Assembly (NCBI GenBank): GCA_964057225.1
Contig: OZ059900.1
Location: forward strand, 9,672,001 to 9,736,000
DNA from: Auanema rhodensis
Taxonomy: Eukaryota; Animalia; Nematoda
Direction: 5' to 3'
DNA: 64,000 bases
The position numbers were made by a program, and so were the translations under genes. Each line of letters starts with the position of its first letter. Positions within the stretch are counted from its first letter, which is position 1. Below, in pieces: positions 59,301-64,000 of this stretch. The notes under the pieces are model-generated. The model was not told where the DNA came from. It saw only the letters and a program-made list of their open reading frames with translations, and made no database searches.

Positions 59301-62022
59301 CTACAAACTTTACACACATTTTAATTATTTGTATAGTAAATTAAAGACAATTTATGCTATTTTATCTTTAAAAAAGCTACATTTTTATCATAAATCTACA
59401 CATCTACATGTATATAATATTAAAATAATTCTAAAAAAATAGTTGAAACATCATTGTGTAGTTAGAACTCTGTAGTTATATATGAAAATCATCATTTTAC
59501 TACACTCATATTCATCATAAATTGATATTATATCTTCAAATAATCGACTTGTTATTCTATTTCTGTTATCAGTGCATATTTTTCTAACTCTAGCACTCAT
59601 TTCTTCATTCTTCTCTTTATTCTCATTTCTTTTTTAAATTCAGCATTTTTTTCACACATTTAGCTTTCTCACATACATACTCTATTTAATATTTTTATCT
59701 TTTTTCCTACACATTAAAAATGCGGCACTATTTGGTTTTCCATTACTTTTTTCGTTGTCTAATTGCTTTCTTCGAAAATATCGTCATCTTATTTCTTTCT
59801 TTTCTTTTCATTTCAATGTCTTATGATATATATTTCTGCGAATGAACTAGCTAGTTATTTGTCCGAAAATGTACTAGTATATGACATTGACATTTGCATG
59901 ATGTTTACACGAGTATGCTCTCACTTTCGAGAAAAAAAATACATGTACATGGATATAGATTCAAAAATACATCGTTTCGCGCCATAAATATCGAGACTTT
60001 ATTTTCATAATAAACTTATTTGAATTAAATATTTAATCATATAAAATACTGTTGGTCGGTAATCATCTTTATTTCAAAATTAAATGGATTATCTCATTTC
60101 CCTTTTTAGATATTTCATCTTTCTATAAAATGTTTTATATATTAATCTCTGCTCATTTGTAATTGAAGTTTACTTCTAGCTATCTCAATTTCAGTTCAAC
60201 AAAAAAACATCCAAATTTCGGGTTATGAAAGAATATTTGCAATAAATTGTCTGATAATTTTGAAAAGGAAAAAACTTTTTTTCCCGAAATTCGTAATAAT
60301 AATGAAAATATACATGCAGAAGCGGAGCCATTTGTAACCTAATTCTTTCATCTCTTCGTTTCATACACCCCTTCTTCTCCCACTGTACGCTGTTCGGGTC
60401 GTCTCGTTTGCCTTAAATATCTCACAACTATACATTCAAAATCTCAGAATTTTTATCCATCCTCGCCTTCTCTGTCTTCCCACTCTCATTTTCTGCAAGC
60501 TTTATATTTTCTTCTTCTCTTTCACATGGATTGTCCTTTCAGATTTCTATTTCCGTTGAGCTAATTGTCTTCTCCGTCAAGTAAACAATGTGCAACAGGC
60601 TGCTATGGATCTTTTCTTCTCCTATGATCATGCTGGTTATCTCATTCTATACCTGTACATATCGTGTTATAGACTAGGCCCAGATTCGCAAACCCTTAAT
60701 CCATTAGTCATGGCTTCATCATTATAATGGCTTTTCTCATTGCTTCTTATGTCTTAAATCACCATCTGGTACGATTCGTGGGAGATCCAAAATCCCATAT
60801 TACTCTTCAGCCAAAGCAAATACATGGCTTCTCTACCTTTCGTTCATTTTTTTGTCATAAATGTTCTTCGCTGTGTAATTAGCATGAAAAATCTATATAC
60901 ATATATTTACCTTGGTCTTTACTATAATTGGCGCTGTTCCTCATTTGTGGTGTGTCTTCTGAGAGAGGCGCATTACTGCTTGCATTGCCTAATCCTCAAT
61001 CTTCCTGATGAAAAGATTTATTTATTTGTGAAGGAAATTTGCTTATGTGAAATCAATGAAAGAGCAAAGCTTTATCTCCTGTTATCTGGCTTCCTGTATC
61101 TCCATCAGCCATGTCATATTTTCATTTGTTTTCCTTTCAATTCATCCATATCCTGCTAGTTCCTTCCTAACTACTGCTCTTCGTGATAATCTTAAATCGT
61201 GCTGTCCACATCTTGTTCTAATATCTATTTATGTATTACTCCATTTCCATATCCTTTCGCATATCCCCCATCTTGCTTCTCCATAATCTGTCTCAATAAT
61301 CATGCTGTAAGTCTTCTTCGTATTTTCTAATGTACAAAGCTCAGAACAATATCAAATGCTCCCCCTCTACTCATCAGTCGCCGTAATATAGCGGACAAAA
61401 TTGTATTTTGATTCAGTTTCTTTTTCATATTTTCTAATTTTCTATGTCCAATCATTACCTAATATATTGATATTGAGCTAAAATTCTATTTCCGTTCTAT
61501 AGAGTTCGTTCATGGCAGTTGTTCACAACCAAAAATAGAATGTTAAGCAAAACGAGGACAGCATGAAAAGATTAAAAGGTGAAACTAAGTTTAACAAAGA
61601 ATAATATGACAACTCTTGATGTCTGTCACACGAATTGCCCTTGCATCATGGAAATATATAAATAAATATCAATGATTAATATTTCATTTCTTTAATCTAT
61701 TTCATCAAAGACAATTATTCATTCATAATACGTTATCAATTCATATGCTATATATATATAGTATATATTAACTATTCTTATATATTCAATTGCATTTTTT
61801 TTCTTCATAACAGTGTGAATATTCGAAATAGATTCATTGAAATAAATTAATCCAGATATATAGATGTATATCTGGCAAGCAATCAGCTTCATAATAAAAA
61901 TTTTTTTTTCTACAATTTTATCTTCTTCCTGATTTTGTGGTTTTTGCTTATTTCACATCGGGTTCTAATCGTATAAGCCTAATCTTTCAAGAAAAGTCTT
62001 TAATGTGCTTTTGTTTCAAGGT

Positions 62023-63376
62023 ATGTCTGAGACAAACGAAAACAATGATGATTGGATATCTAATGAATGGATGGGAAACGATTGGATTGCCTTTGCTAGC
62101 ACAATGTTTCTGGTATGTTCAGCCTGTTATCGAAGTTGCTAGGGAAAATTGAATGGTGAAATAAATGATGCTCTAACTGAGACATGAAATTATGAGAGAG
62201 TTGGTAGAGAAATTATGCCTTGTTCAGGCTATCTCTCGCAAAGTCCCTTAGTAGTTATATGACATAGTCAAAAGTTCACTTATTTTCTGAAAAATGCGAA
62301 TTTTTTCTAAAAATACATCAAAAATCAATTTTGATATTGAAAGCATGTTTGAGAAAGCAATGAGTTGAGAGTTATAGCACGATACACACGAAAAGATACA
62401 CGCAATATTGCTGGCACGCAGGTCACATCATTAGCTGACACCCATATTTAGGGCTTTCTTCCACTCGTCTACGCCATTTACAAGATGTTTTCCCAGCGTG
62501 CGGTTGAGCAGTTGGATGACACAATAACGTCTACTGATAGCAGTGATGTTACAAACAAATCGACTGATTCCAACGAATTGGATGATCCGATGTTTCCACC
62601 AGCACGTGAATCAGCATTTTCTGTACCTGATGGTCATGCTGCCACATCAGCTGGTAATATTTTATTTCTTTTTTTTCCACCTGGTTTTATGCTTACGACA
62701 ACGATTTTTGTTGTTTGTGTGATTTGATTGCCTATCAAATATTATTATTCGTTACTTAAATTTAGCCAAAAAAAGATTATAAATAACTTTTTTTTTGCAT
62801 TATGTAACTTCTTTGATGGTGCTCAGTAGTGTTACTTTGTTTTTATACATTGTCTCTAAGGATTGGCTCGGGCGAAAGAATTATTGGTTCCTATGCTTGA
62901 CGAAAATGAAATTGAAGACATCGAGAATCAGGAAGAGCCACCATTGGAACGACCAATTATCCTAAGAGAAACTGAAAGTGATGAAGAGGAAGAAGAAGAT
63001 GAAGAAAACCTAAGTGTTATTCCCGAAGAGCAAGAAGATCAGGACAGTAATGTAAGTACTTAGTCAAACACAATCAAAATACAATGAATGCATCTCTTTT
63101 TAGCCATCAGGTTCACAAGGCGTATCAGATAACTTATCAGAAGAAGATATGTATAAACTAAACAAGAAAAAGTTGCATGGAAAAGTTGCTACAGCTCGTA
63201 TCCGAGCAGAAACTCGTCGCATGATGCGAAATATGACAGATAACGAACGTGAGCAGGAAGAGGAAGTTGTTAATCAGCAGTTAGAATCCATTCTACGTTT
63301 ACTACAAGAAAATCAAGAAAATGTTGGAATGAGTGAAGAAGATGTGAAACAACAGCTTAATATGTACAAGTTCTAA
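62023..63376 (+). CDS. MXRA7-like single-pass membrane protein ~251 aa; exons 62023-62112, 62452-62653, 62861-63051, 63104-63376
   Basis: N-terminal TM segment (WIAFASTMFLGFLPLVYAIY), acidic disordered middle, and C-terminal MTDNEREQEEEVVNQQLESILRLLQENQENVGMSEEDVKQQLNMY resembling the MXRA7 C-terminal helical motif. Phases are consistent. The gene model is more certain than the family label. Confidence 0.8.
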
Positions 63377-64000
63377 ATTCCGTATTGTGTAATATACTCG
63401 CGTATCGTCTCATCTAAACTACTTTCCATGCTTTTCATCCCAAATATATCATAAAATTGTCGTATACACACATATGTATATAAGTAAGTGATGTAATTTT
63501 GTAATATATCTTATATTATATATTATTTATAATATAATTTTTCTTAAATTATGCAATGGTATGTGAAGCTATAACTTGTTTCACCTGGTCATACCCGAGG
63601 TAGCTTGAATAACTCATGGCAATCAGCTTTGATGTATTAAGCATCGTTCAGCAGATATGACGTAGTTACACATCTTATGATTATTTCATAAACCTCTATG
63701 AATGGGATAAATAATGTTAAAGCTTGATATACAATGTAATTTTCTATTATTTGTTTTCTTGTTAAGTTATGGTATTATAACCAATAGAATTGAATAAAAC
63801 TGTTTATTATTAATTTTAATTTTGATTTTCAATAGAAAAAAAGGAATTTGAGAAAAAACTGAAAAATAATTGAAATAATCGATTAGAGAATCAATTGCTC
63901 TAAGAATATTTATAGTTTATCATATATGTAGTATGAATTATCTTATTATATATTTTATATTTTATAGTTAATTCATATAACATCTTAGTATAATGGTTGT

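Overview
AT-rich eukaryotic genomic DNA with many 43-55 nt GT-AG introns and TTTCAG/TTTTAG acceptors, so most likely a rhabditid nematode (inferred; the species cannot be determined). I assembled six intact multi-exon genes by hand. (1) A casein kinase I delta/epsilon gene (kin-20-like, +) dominates the first ~33 kb, with a spliced ATG-free 5' leader, a Q/A/H low-complexity N-terminal exon, a 15.5 kb intron, eight kinase exons and apparent 3'-UTR introns. (2) A 165-aa orphan gene (-) sits in a 1.4 kb insert bracketed by a near-perfect 422-bp direct duplication of the kinase 3' region. (3) An 11-exon 324-aa hypothetical gene (-). (4) A class II PI3-kinase (piki-1-like, +). (5) A TIKI/TraB-family metalloprotease (+) that needs a GC-AG intron. 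(6) An MXRA7-like membrane protein (+). The most unusual structure is the insert. It carries an intact intron-containing gene, its promoter and apparently the 3' stub of a former neighbour, but has no transposon hallmarks, which suggests very recent DNA-level gene movement (or an assembly artefact). Weaker candidates include a nested antisense gene and gene-like relics in the kinase introns. No rRNA, tRNA, CRISPR or recognisable transposase was found. All family assignments come from motif recognition, not database searches.
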